Shown in pieces: positions 13,476 to 25,504 of a stretch of DNA of 64,000 nucleotides. The translations under genes and the position numbers were made by a program. The notes under the pieces are model-generated. The model was not told the origin of the DNA. It did not search any database and saw nothing but the letters and a program-made list of their open reading frames with translations. Numbering within the stretch: position 1 is the stretch's first letter; each line of letters opens with the position of its first letter. Source of the stretch: Octopus sinensis (lineage: Eukaryota); contig NC_043024.1 in NCBI RefSeq assembly GCF_006345805.1, forward strand, positions 6,386,001 to 6,450,000. The letters run 5' to 3'.

Positions 13476-13716
13476 ATCAGAATGAACATTTAACATTCTA
13501 CTGTTTCATTTTATTCTATTCAATTATAATATATTATCTTATAATATATCATTATAAGATTGTAAATAAAACATGAAAATCAGACAAGGTTGGAATTCCT
13601 TTTATTAATATATATATAGATATACATATATACATATATATATATATATAGCTGTATCTATATATCTATCTATCTGTCTGTCTCTCTGTCTGCCTGTCTG
13701 TCTGTCTATCTGCCTG

Positions 13717-13781
<65 letters not shown>

Positions 13782-13816
13782 TTATCTATCTATCCATTTA
13801 TCTATCTACCTATATA

Positions 13817-14723
13817 TTAGGTTGGTAACTAAGTTCCTGCCATTTTTTTAAATTTTGGAATCTAGTTTTTTCGAGAATTCTATTTTTGAATCATTTTGGA
13901 ATCTATTTTGTTTTTTTTTCTAGTTAATTTTAGTTAATTTTTGTTTATTTTCAGATCATTAAAATGGAATGTCAAGTTAAAATAATGAGCATTTTTGACA
14001 CCGCCTTCTTTTTGCTTTTAATCAGGGTTCTAAGGCCACAAAAGCTGCTCGCGACATTTGTGCTGTGTATGGAGAGAGTGCCATAGCTGAAAGAACCACT
14101 TGTGATTGGTATGCCAAGTTCAAAAATGGAAATTTTGACCTAAAAAATCCAGTTGAGTTCGATGGAGAGCGATTTAACCAACTTTTGCACGAAAATTCTT
14201 GTCAAATAACAAGGAAACCGGCAGAGAAAATGGAATGCTCCCACACTACTATAGCAAATCATCGTCACTCAATGGGAAAGGTTCAGAAGTATGGAGCATG
14301 AGTTCCACATGCTTTAAGTGACAACAACAAAAATCAACGAGCCACAATCCTCGCAGGCTTGCTTGCTCGTCACTGCTCAACTAATGGACACAAGCAATGA
14401 TTTCTTTACCGAATTGTTAATCGCGACAAAAAATGGTGTCTGTACATCAATATGAAGCATTTTAAGGAATGGCTTATCCCCGGTAAACAAGTACCTCATT
14501 GGTAGAAATCACCCAATTTCGACTCGTAAAATTGATCCAACCAAGCTCTCAATTCTTCATCAGTATTAAATGAAACTCCGCGCATAGAACTGGAAAGACA
14601 TTGAAAGAGGTAGAAATGGATAATCCCTTCCCAGTCCCACCATACGCTCAACATCCTTTTACGCGGATGAAGATCTTGTTTCACGTATGCTGTCGCTTGT
14701 TTACCGGGGCTAAACCATTCCTT
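13817..14723 (+). mobile_element. Mariner remnant with internal inversion
   Basis: TA-TTAGGTTGG terminus and + strand HTH region; the C-terminal part (HPRKRMLSVWWD...YLF) lies on the - strand at 14496-14723. Confidence 0.8.
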
Positions 14724-15080
14724 TGGGTACTGTCTGTAAGAAAAACAGCACTTTTATTTGTTTCAGTCAGCTGACTGTGGCCATGCTGAAGCGCCACCTT
14801 GAAGGGTTTTAGTCAAACAAATTGACCCCAGGACTTATTTCTTAAGCCTAGTATTTATTGTATCAGTCGATTTTGCTGAACTGCTAAGTTGCATGGATAT
14901 ATACACACCAACACCAGTTGTCAAGCGGTGATGGAAGGACAAACACAGACACAAAGATACACACAGTTAGATATATGCATACACACACACACACAAACAC
15001 GCACGCACACACACATACACACATATATACATACGTATTTATATTTATGTGTGTGTGTGTGTGTGTGTACATATACATAC

Positions 15081-15112
<32 letters not shown>

Positions 15113-15451
15113 ATATACACACACAATGGGCTTCTTACAGTTTCCATCTACCAAATCCACTCTCAAAGCTTTGGTCGGCCTGAGGCTATAGTAGAAAATA
15201 CTCATCTAAGGTGCCACACAGTGGAACTGAACCCAGGATCATGTAGTTAACAAGCAAGCTTCTTACCACATGCCCGTATGTATATGTGTGTGTGTAAAAA
15301 ATCCAAAATATTCCACCATCCCAGTTTGGCTGGCAAAAGGCCAAACACAATGAATATGGCTTCTACAATTTCAAACATTTGATCTCAATGGCACCCAGCC
15401 TTCTGTCTGAGGAACAATGGATGTTGAAACTGTGCACGAATACATAAACAC

Positions 15452-15513
<62 letters not shown>

Positions 15514-16110
15514 CCTATATATATATATATATTATATATATATACATAAGTATGCGTCAGCACATATATGTGTGTGTGTGTACTGATACACACACACACA
15601 CACACACACATATACCTACATGTGTAGTGATACTAATGGGACAAAAATAGTAGTACTTAATATATTTAGCAGACTTTGTTCTTTTACACACACACACACA
15701 TGCACACACACACATACACACATACACCCACACACATACACACACATATACACACACATACACACACATATGCACACACACACACACACATATGCATCTT
15801 TTATTTGTTTCAGTCACCAGGTGGTGGCCATGCTGGGGCACCTTCTTGAAGAAATTTTAGGCTAATGAATCAACCCCAATACCTACTTTTTTCAAGCCTG
15901 GTACCTATTCTGTCATTCCCTTTTGCTGAACCTTTAAGTTACAGGTACATGAACACACCCAAATTGGTTGTCAAGCAGTGGAGTTGGGGAACAATAGACA
16001 AAGACAGGTACAAAGACACATATACACACACACACACAAATATATGTATGTGCATACATATATATATATATACACACACATATATATATACATATATATA
16101 TATATAGGGG

Positions 16111-16456
16111 TAAAATATGAAAAATCAACGAAAATGCATATTGCAAATAGAAAAAGGCTCTTTATGACAGGTAGCGACAAATATATACATTTAGATTGAC
16201 TGAGGTAGTAATACGAGTCATTCATCGTTTGAACAACGTTTGAACAATGATGTTCAAGCGATGAATAGTTTTGCGTAAACTATTGGTTCGTTTTGTTCTC
16301 TTACTTTATTATCATCTTATAATCATCTCATAATAATGACTTTTATGACTCGTATTACTACCTCAGTCAATCTAAATGTATATATTTGTCGTTACCTGTC
16401 ATAAATAGCCTTTTTTTATTTGCAATATGCATTTTCGTTGATTTTTTCATATTTTA
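16111..16456. repeat. Long inverted repeat (111-bp arms) with nested inner hairpins
   Basis: 16111-16221 versus 16345-16456 are near-perfect reverse complements. Confidence 0.85.
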
Positions 16457-16505
16457 GCCTTACATTTCCACGTGTATTTTATATTTTCTTTTCGTAACAT
16501 ATTTC

Positions 16506-16548
<43 letters not shown>

Positions 16549-16552
<4 letters not shown>

Positions 16553-16992
16553 AACGTAAAAGACATTTTTCTATTCCTGAGCGTTATACTAATACATCTG
16601 TTTGTTTTGTACACCACCTGTCTTCGTCTTTTGTTTTTTTCATAAACATGCTCACGTGGTCGCACATGTTGATCCTGTCATTTCTTACCACACACGAACT
16701 TCTCCACTGGACTCTCTATCTACCCTTTATGGGGACATTTACCCTCCGGCTGCACCTCTCCTACCTACGGATCACTGTGGAATCTACTCTTGATGAGAAA
16801 TCCTTGCAATACACCACGATGTCAAAAAACCTTTGAACTTTACGTAAAACTGTTGTTTTTCTGTGTCCCTTTCTGTAGAAGAGCATAGGCTCGAAACGTA
16901 AAAGACATTTTCAATTCCTGAGCATTATACTAATACATCTGTTTGTTTTGTACACCACCTGTCTTTGTCTTTTGTTTTTTTCATGAACTCTC
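16549..16992 (+). mobile_element. Partial tandem repeat (342-bp period) between TA microsatellites, Penelope pLTR/retrozyme-like
   Basis: GAAACGTAAAAGACATTTT... occurs at 16551 and 16893, each followed by ~95 bp of near-identical sequence. Confidence 0.7.
16864..16907 (+). ncRNA. Variant hammerhead-like motif (A6 to U)
   Basis: CTTT-CTGTAGA-A-GAGC atag GCTC-GAAA-CG-TA-AAAG. Helices intact, one core substitution. Confidence 0.55.
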
Positions 16993-17022
16993 ATATATAC
17001 ATATACATAAATATATACATAT

Positions 17023-17630
17023 ACAGGGTGCAATGGGTGAATTGTCACCATTTTATATTTTTAATTTCACACATGCAAATTGTTTGTCTTTGATTTTGTC
17101 ATCTACACTGTATAGTAGGGTCAGGTGGGCACTGTCTGTGAGAAAAACACCACTATAGTGCAATTCACTCTGCCTGAAATTTGGAAGAAACATACTGTAC
17201 TGCTTGGTATTCTGGCCAGAAGCTCCAATATGAACATTTCAGGGTGTTTGGGTGTCAATCTGAGGACAGTGAAATCTGAGGATATGTACTGAGTGTGATA
17301 AAAACGAAATATCCAGTTGACATTATAGTGTTTGGAATGTTCACTAGTAATGGCAACACAGCCTCAGACTCAACATAGAGGCCTACATCAAGTGCCTGGA
17401 GGAGGTAGTGCTGCCCTGGGTCAAGAGGGTGGTTGCAAGAAGACCCTGTATCTGGTAACAGGACTCTGCACCATGCTACACAAACAGGAGAACCCAGTCA
17501 TGGCTGTCAGACAATTTCTGTGACCACATCACCCCTAACATTTGGCCACCTAACTCCCCAGACTGCAACCCCTTGATTATTATGTGTGGTGTGAGAGACC
17601 AACAAACTCCTTGTAACACCAAAGATGATA
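17023..17630 (+). mobile_element. Deleted Tc1/mariner-like element (same family as 44962-45802)
   Basis: TA-CAGGGTGCAATGGG terminus; NFCDHITPNIWPPNSPDCNP motif. Confidence 0.78.
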
Positions 17631-17639
17631 CCACCACGC

Positions 17640-18045
17640 TGGAAATAGCAGACAAAACTTGACTTTAAAACCAATTAAATGTTCATATAGCACCAGGAGA
17701 TCAACATATCATGAAAGAAAGAGAAAAAATTTATAGATAAATGGTGACCTGAGAATTAAGATGACCAAGATGTGGCAGCTACAAGAGTCAAACATAAAGG
17801 TTGTTCCTGTTGGCAACAGAGTATTGGGTTCAATACCACCTAACCTGAAGAAACAGGTGGACACTTTAGAAATACCCTACAATCTAGGTGTATTGCAGAA
17901 ATCAGCTTTACCTGGAACAGCACACACAAAGTACCAGCTGTCTGAGGTGCTGTGACTTGACGGACGGTACAAATCTGTCGGTAGACACAATGTCTTCAAT
18001 CAACAACATCACGATATTGGATTCTGTGTGACGTTTTAAGTAATA
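17640..18045 (+). mobile_element. R4/Dong-like LINE 3' fragment ending at (TAA)n
   Basis: KMWQ...NIKVVPV...LGSIP...LQKSAL.GTAH; related to the 5180-5644 copy. Confidence 0.75.
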
Positions 18046-18287
18046 CTAATAATAATAATAATAATTATTATTATTATAACAATAATGTACAGTCATATCC
18101 TCATCCGACCTTAACACACACACACACATATAGTGACACATTTATGTGTGGGTGTTAGTGTAAGTATGCTTCTGTGTGTGTGTGTGTGGTGGTGGTGGTG
18201 GTGGTGGTGGGGTGCGGTGATGTAACAGATGACAGTCACATGCAAGCTAGGTTTTGTGTTTGTATTGTCAGAGAAGCAGTGTGATGG

Positions 18288-18331
<44 letters not shown>

Positions 18332-18487
18332 CAGGTTTGCGTAGAGTCACGTAGTATCTTGGAACTATGTATGTTTGTACATTTGCATAAATATCGGTCT
18401 TTCTTTCTTGCAAGCTTTCTTCCTCTGTGTGTGTGTGTGTGTGTGTTTGTGTGTGTGTGTGCATGTATGTGTGTGTATGTGTGTGCA

Positions 18488-18523
<36 letters not shown>

Positions 18524-19675
18524 GTATGTGTATGTGTGTGAGTGAGTGTGTGTGTGTGTGTGTGTGTGAATTTGTTGCTTTAGCATCAAAATGGGCTAAC
18601 TGGATATATATGTGCAGTTGTCCATTTTGAAACTAAGGCAAATTATATACATATATAGTTATCTATCTATCTATGAAATCCCAATATCTATCTTCCTACC
18701 TACCTACCTATCTACCATCATCATCATCATTTAATGTCAGCCTTCTATGTTGGCATAGGTTGTACAATTTGATGGAGTCCCAGCCAGATAGAAGATTATA
18801 CCAGGCTACTGTGTCTATTTTGGCAGGGCTTTTACGGCTAGATGCCCTTCCTAACACCAGCCACCCACCACCACCACCACCACCACCACCATTTGAGTAT
18901 GGCCATTGCCAGTGCCGCCTGACTGGCCCTCGTGCTGGTGGCACGTGAAAGCACCCACTATACTCACGGAGTGGTTGGCGTTAGGAAGGGCATCCAGCTG
19001 TAGAAACTCTGCCAGATCAGATTGGAGCCTGGTGCAGCCATCTGGTTCGTCAGTCCTCAGTAAAATCGTCCAACCCATGCTAGCATGGAAAGTGGACATT
19101 AAACGATAATGATGATTACATGTGCCATCTCAATTTTAATTCAGTTTGATTAAAACTGTCCAACGACTGGAATGTGAAACTCTGAGTAACAGTTTGTGAA
19201 GATTTTGCAGCTTTAATAAAAGCACACACACACACACACACACGTCTATACATACATACATAAGCACAGGTGTGGCTGTGTGGTAAGAAGATTGCTTCCC
19301 TACTACATGGTTCTGGGTTCAGTCCCACAGCATGGCACATTGGACAAGTGTCTTCTACTATGGCCTTGAGCCAACTAAAGCCTTGTGAGTGAATTTAGTC
19401 GACAGAAACCGAAAGAAGCCAAGGTGGCAAGCTGGCAGAAACATTTGCATGCTGGGCGAAATGCTTAGTGGTATTTCATCTGCTGCTATGTACTGAGTTC
19501 AAATTCTGCCGAGGTCGACTTCGCCTTTCATCCTTTCGGGGTTGATTAAATAAGTACCAGTTATGCACTGAGGTCGATATAATCGACTTAATCCCTTTGT
19601 CTGTCCTTGTTTGTCCCCTCTGTGTGTAGCCCCTTGTTTGAAGTAAAGAAATAAGAAACTGAAAGAAGCCTGTTG

Positions 19676-19720
<45 letters not shown>

Positions 19721-20989
19721 CATACACACACATATATATATACATATATATATACACACATATATATATATACACACACACACATATATATACATATATA
19801 TATACATATATATATACATATATATATAATATTATATATATATATATATTATATATAATTATATATATATATATATATGTATGTATGTTATATGTATATA
19901 TATTTTAAATTTGTTAATGGGAAACGTTGTTTTGAATATGAAAATAAAGCTCTTATTCCAGTATTCTGGCCACAGTCTAATGATGTTCCCTGATGAACCA
20001 GTTTTTTGGGGTTGCATTGAGTTGTAACGATAAAGTGTTGGATAAATATAATAATAATAACAATAATCCTAGGATGGAATTTATAAACATTTAATGCTTC
20101 GTGACATTAGATGTTTACGCATGTTTCCACAAATCCCATGTCTCTTAAGATCAGAGTCCATGTGCCTGGGATGATTACAGTGTAGTCCATAGTATCCTTA
20201 GGTATCTGATCAATCGTCATCGATTCATTTCTTCAGGTGATATAACATTAATTGATGAACCACAAAGAGATGCTTTTCTTTTTTTACCAGTATAACGGTT
20301 AAGCGAGTTATGTGGGTATTTCTGGGTGTATTTGGTTGGGAGGAGGGGAAGGTAATGGGAATAGAGGGAGGAATGGTAGTGATATGAGGATGGAGGTGTG
20401 TTTGGTGGTGTTGGATTTATTTTGCAATTCATTCAGCAGATGTTAAGGAAGGGTTTGTTCCTTCTTGAGCCATGCCTGGCTCATAAGGGCCAGTTTTCCG
20501 GTTTCCTTGGCGTATAGGTTCCCCACCTGGATGGGACGCCAGTCCGTTGCAGGTGAGCTGCAAGATGCAGGAGGAAAGAGTGAGAGAAAGTTGTGGCAAA
20601 AGAGTCAGCAGAAGTTCGCCATTACCTTCTGCCGGAGCCGCATGGAACTTAGGTGTTTCACTCATAAACACACACGTCACCCGGTCTGAGAGTTGAACCT
20701 GCGATCCATCAACTGTGAGTCCACTGCTCTAACCACTAGGCCATGTGCCTCCACTAAGGATGGGTAGTACATTCTTTTGTTTGATTTCATTTAAGGCATG
20801 ACTATCTTCTATAAATTCTGAACTCAACAAATGGTCAGGTACTGCTGCTTTTACAGTGAGGTTGTTGACTGAATTGAGAACTGCTACTTTCTTACAGTGA
20901 CCTCTTCATTGTTTCTTACTTTTTACTGCCCACAAGGGGCTTTACTCTTCATTGTTTCTGTTGGTATAGTGTATAACATCTCAAATATT

Positions 20990-21480
20990 GATTGGTTTAT
21001 TTATTCGTTTGGGTTTCTTCTCTGTTCTATAATCTATTATTTCGTTTCAAAATATTTTTTCAAACTCCATCAATGATGTTTTCTTCCTATGTTTACATGA
21101 TATGATCATCTCAGAGTGCCTATTCATCACGTTGTCCTTAGATGTGATTATTTTCAGGGTTTCTTCTAGGCATAAGTTGCATATACATGATGTTTTGTTG
21201 TATGGTGCAGCATTTTCTATAATGGACCAGTTGGTTGTACGTTTCACTCGAGGTTCGATAGAGATGTGGAGTGTCTTTTATTTATATTAGAAAATGAAGA
21301 GATTGGTCTCACAGACAATTTTTCACGGTGTCTCCAGTGCCACCAATCTACACATATTTCTGTGTATCTGTCTTCACCTCACATTTGTAAACTACATTCT
21401 TTATCATGCAGTTGTTGTTAAATCTGCATTCCTCTTTATGTCTGCAGTTACTCATGATATAAGGAAAAAACTAATATAGA
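20990..21480 (-). mobile_element. Second Penelope-like element remnant
   Basis: NWSII...PYN...CNLCLEE.LKII...NRHSE..ISCKH C-terminal motif (ORF 21047-21247). Confidence 0.75.
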
Positions 21481-22030
21481 TAAAATAATAGCCAAACAGA
21501 CAGACAGATAGATAGATACACATACACACACACTTAGATATCATCACCATCATCATTATTATTTTACATCTGCTATTCATGTAGTCATGGATTGGTCCAA
21601 CCACTTTCAAGAGTGTACTGTGAGCTATTTTGGTGGCACCAGCACCAGTGAGGCTGCTTTACAACTTGCAGAACTGGAGACCCTAAATGGGGCCTGAGCA
21701 ACTGAAAGAAGAATAAGAAGTGAGAGTGGGGGTTGGAGGGTATCACAGAAGTGGTGAAGGAGAGAAAAAGAAAAAGAAGATGGAAGGTGTCACAGATGTG
21801 AAAAGGATGGTGTGAATGAAGAGCAAGTATCCTAGGCAGGGCAGCTGTGGAGGGAGTATAGAGGGAGGGATAGAGAGCAGTTAAGGGTAACCCATATACA
21901 GGGGTAGTGAAAGAGAAGGGGAGGTTGGAAGGTTCCAACAGCAATGGTGGGAGGGTGGTATGGATGCAAATAAAGGTTCCCAGGCAGAGAAGCTTTGGGA
22001 AGAGGATGGTAAAAGAGGGTAAGAGAGAAG

Positions 22031-23578
22031 GTGAGGAGGAATGCAAGATGTGGAAGAATGCAAGGTGTGGAGGAATGCAAGGAGGGGTGGAGGAATGTAA
22101 GGAGGTGGGGAGGAATTCAAGGTGTAGAGGAATGCAAGGAGGGGTGGAGGAATGTAAGGAGGGGTGGAGGAATGTAAGGAGGTGGGGAGGAATTCAAGGT
22201 GTAGAGGAATGCAAGGTGTGGAGGAATGCAAGGAGGGGTGGAGGAATGTAAGGAGGTGTGGAGGAATTCAAGGTGTAGAGGAATGCAAGGTGTGGATGAA
22301 TGCAAGGTGTGGAGGAATGCAAGGTATGGAGGAATGCAGAGTGTGGAGGAATGCAAGGTGTGGAGGAATGCAAGGAGGGGTGGAGGAATGTAAGGAAGTG
22401 TGGAGGAATTCAAGGTGTAGAGGAATGCAAGGTGTGGAGGAATGTAAGACGGTGTGGAGTAATGCAAGGTAGGAGGAATACAAGGTGTGGATGAATGCAA
22501 GATATGGAGGAATGTAAGGAGGTGTGGAGAAATGCAAGATGTGGAGTAATGCAAGGTGTGGATGAATGCAAGGAGGTGTGGATGAATGCAAGGAGGTGTG
22601 GAGGAATGCAAGGTATGGAGGAATGCAAGGAAGTGTGGAGAAAGGCAAGGTGTGAGGAATGTAAGGAGGTGGGGAGGAATTCAAGGTGTAGAGGAATGCA
22701 AGGTGTGGAGGAATGCAAGGAGGGGTGGAGGAATGTAAGGAGGTGTGGAGGAATGCAAGGTGTGGAGGAATGCAAGGTGTGGATGAATGCAAGGTGTGGA
22801 GGAATGCAAGGTATGGAGGAATGCAGAGTGTGGAGGAATGCAAGGTGTGGAGGAATGCAAGGAGGGGTGGAGGAATGTAAGGAAGTGTGGAGGAATTCAA
22901 GGTGTAGAGGAATGCAAGGTGTGGAGGAATGTAAGACGGTGTGGAGTAATGCAAGGTAGGAGGAATACAAGGTGTGGATGAATGCAAGATATGGAGGAAT
23001 GTAAGGAGGTGTGGAGAAATGCAAGATGTGGAGTAATGCAAGGTGTGGATGAATGCAAGGAGGTGTGGATGAATGCAAGGAGGTGTGGAGGAATGCAAGG
23101 TATGGAGGAATGCAAGGAAGTGTGGAGAAAGGCAAGGTGTGGAGGAATGTAAGGTGGTATGGAGGAATGCAAGGCGGTGTTGCGGAATGTAAGGAGGTGT
23201 GTTGGAATGCAAGATGTGGAGTAATGCAAGGTGTGGATGAATGCAAGGAGGTGTGGAGGAATGCAAGGAGGCATGGAGGAATGCAAGGAGGTGTGGAGGA
23301 ATGCAGGATGTGGAGGAATGTAAGGTGTGGAAGAATGCAAGGTGTGGAGGAATGCAAGGTGTGGAGGAATGCAAGGAGGCATGAAGGAATGCAAGGTGTG
23401 GAGGAATGCAAGGAGGTGTGGAGGAATGCAGGGTGTGGAGGAATGCAATGTGTGTTGGAATGCAAGGTGTGGAGGAATGCAATGTGTGGAGGAATGGAAG
23501 AAGTGTGGTGGAATGCATGGAGGTGTGGAGGAGTGTAAGGAGGTGTGGAGGAATGCAAGCAGGTGTGGAGGAATGTAA
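22031..23578. repeat. Minisatellite of 17/20-bp units (GGA)GGTGTGGAGGAATGCAA with a 487-bp higher-order duplication
   Basis: Direct reading; the variant GTAGGAGGAATACAAGG recurs at 22469 and 22956. Confidence 0.95.
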
Positions 23579-24361
23579 TTAACGTGCATGTGGCTGAGTA
23601 CTCCACAGACACAAGGTACTTCTCAGGGAGATTCAGTATGACAAAGAGTGTGGGAAGGCTAGCCACTTGATATACAGGTACAACCCATTTTTGTTGGCCG
23701 AGTGAACCGGAGCAATGTGAAATAAAGTGTCTTGCTCAAGGACACAATGTGTCAGCAGGAATTGAACTCAAAGCCTTGCGATTGTGAACTGAATACCCTA
23801 ACCACTAAACCACACGCCTTCACAACCATAATATACCACAAAGAGATAACCTTAACAAATGATTCCACTGTAGTAGTGTCTACCATTTTTAAACAAGTGA
23901 CCTAAGATTTCTGCAACTCACAGAACACTCACCTCAGTCACTGATTCCGTTACCAACGCCTAAAGACCACTGCTGTATTTTCTAAATATATCTGGAAGTC
24001 AAGAAACAAATGCACAAGTGCCCTAATTTCAATCTGCAAAACATCAGCCAATATCTAAATTCCATCTCGTGAACTTTTAATGATAGACTCTCCCAGCAGA
24101 TTGTAAATGACAACTGACGTCAGAGGCCATGTGACCATTTATTTGAAAATGTTCTGAGTGCCATTTAAATTGTTCAGTGATTAGAAGCCAATTCTTTTCA
24201 TTTCCCAAATGAGAACAATCAACCAGACGATCAGCTGAGCAAAACATGAGTGCCTCTCTCTCTGTGTTGGTGTGTATATATATTTATAATGTATGATATA
24301 TTGATAATATATATAAAACACTCAGTTTATATATATATATATTGTTCATACATACACACAC

Positions 24362-24404
<43 letters not shown>

Positions 24405-25504
24405 TGTTTATATACATATATGTGTATCATTTAAACATTGTTTATAGATGTATAAATGTGTGTGTGTGTGTGCATGTGTGTATAGATACACACATACATA
24501 TATATACCTACATACATACACACACATATGGAGTGAGTGAGAGATATGCATATACATATACACAGTGACCTCGCTCGGACTTTCCACCCATCACCATTTG
24601 TTTTAAGACATAATATATCCAGGACTACATTATCGAATGTGTCTGTCCTTTGTCAAGACTGAAGACAATAAAATGTAATTCAAGGAAAATTTGGTTGCTA
24701 TTTCTAGACGTTCTCTTGTTTTAGAGAAATTACAAAAACTGAAACAGTATGTAAGCCTGTCAATTGGTCTTTATCTCTTTATACATGGTGGACTTAATCC
24801 TAATCCATTTCATATCATCCCTTAACCTTCAATTTAAGGCACACTATAATGCTGATAACCCAAGATCTATAAGGAATTTTTTCCTCCAGGGGCCACTGTT
24901 TGTTTGTTCCTTCTTGAGCCATGCCTGGCTCATTAGGGCCAGTTTCCTGGTTTCCTTGGCGTATAGGTTCCCCCCACCTGGACAGAACGCCGGTCCATCG
25001 CAGGTGAGCTGCAAGATGCAGGAGGAAAGAGTGAGTGAAAGTTGTGGCGAAAGAGTCAGCAGAAGTTCACCATTAGCTTCTGCCAGAGCCGTGTGGAGCT
25101 TAGGTGTTTTGCTCATAAACACACACATCGCCCGGTCTGAGATTTGAACCCGTGATCCCTCAACCGTGAGTCCGCTGCTCTAACCACTAGGCCATGTGCC
25201 TCCACAGGGGCCACTGTAAATAAGTCAAAACCAGTCATCAGTGATACAACTTGGGTTCTCATCCCCAGGTGGACTAAGACACTTTTGATACCCTCATCTT
25301 AATTACCATATTTGATAGTATATAAAATGATCTTTTTCTTAGTGGCTCTGTGGTAAGAAGCTTGCTTCCCAACCACATGGTTCTGGGTTCAGTCCTCCTG
25401 CATAGAACTTTGGGCAAGTGTCTTCTATTATAGCCTTGTGCTGACCAAAGCCATGTGTGTAGATTTAACTGTTGGAAACTGGAAGAAGCCTGTCAGGTGC
25501 ATAT

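Larger units (their letters stand above)
13187..13612. mobile_element. Foldback palindrome (~205-bp arms, 3-nt loop), Penelope-derived/retrozyme-like
   Basis: Arms are reverse complements meeting at 13391-13393; a hammerhead in each arm; (TA)n on both sides. Confidence 0.85.

Noticed and set aside
19915-20240. Scattered hammerhead half-motifs (GAAACGTT, CTGATGA, minus-strand CTGAAGA and GAAACATGCGTA)
   Set aside because: The halves cannot be assembled with a consistent helix I and II.
22268-23666. 416/418-aa His/Pro-rich ORFs as genes; repeat array as CRISPR
   Set aside because: Translation of a minisatellite; no unique spacers, no cas genes, eukaryotic context.
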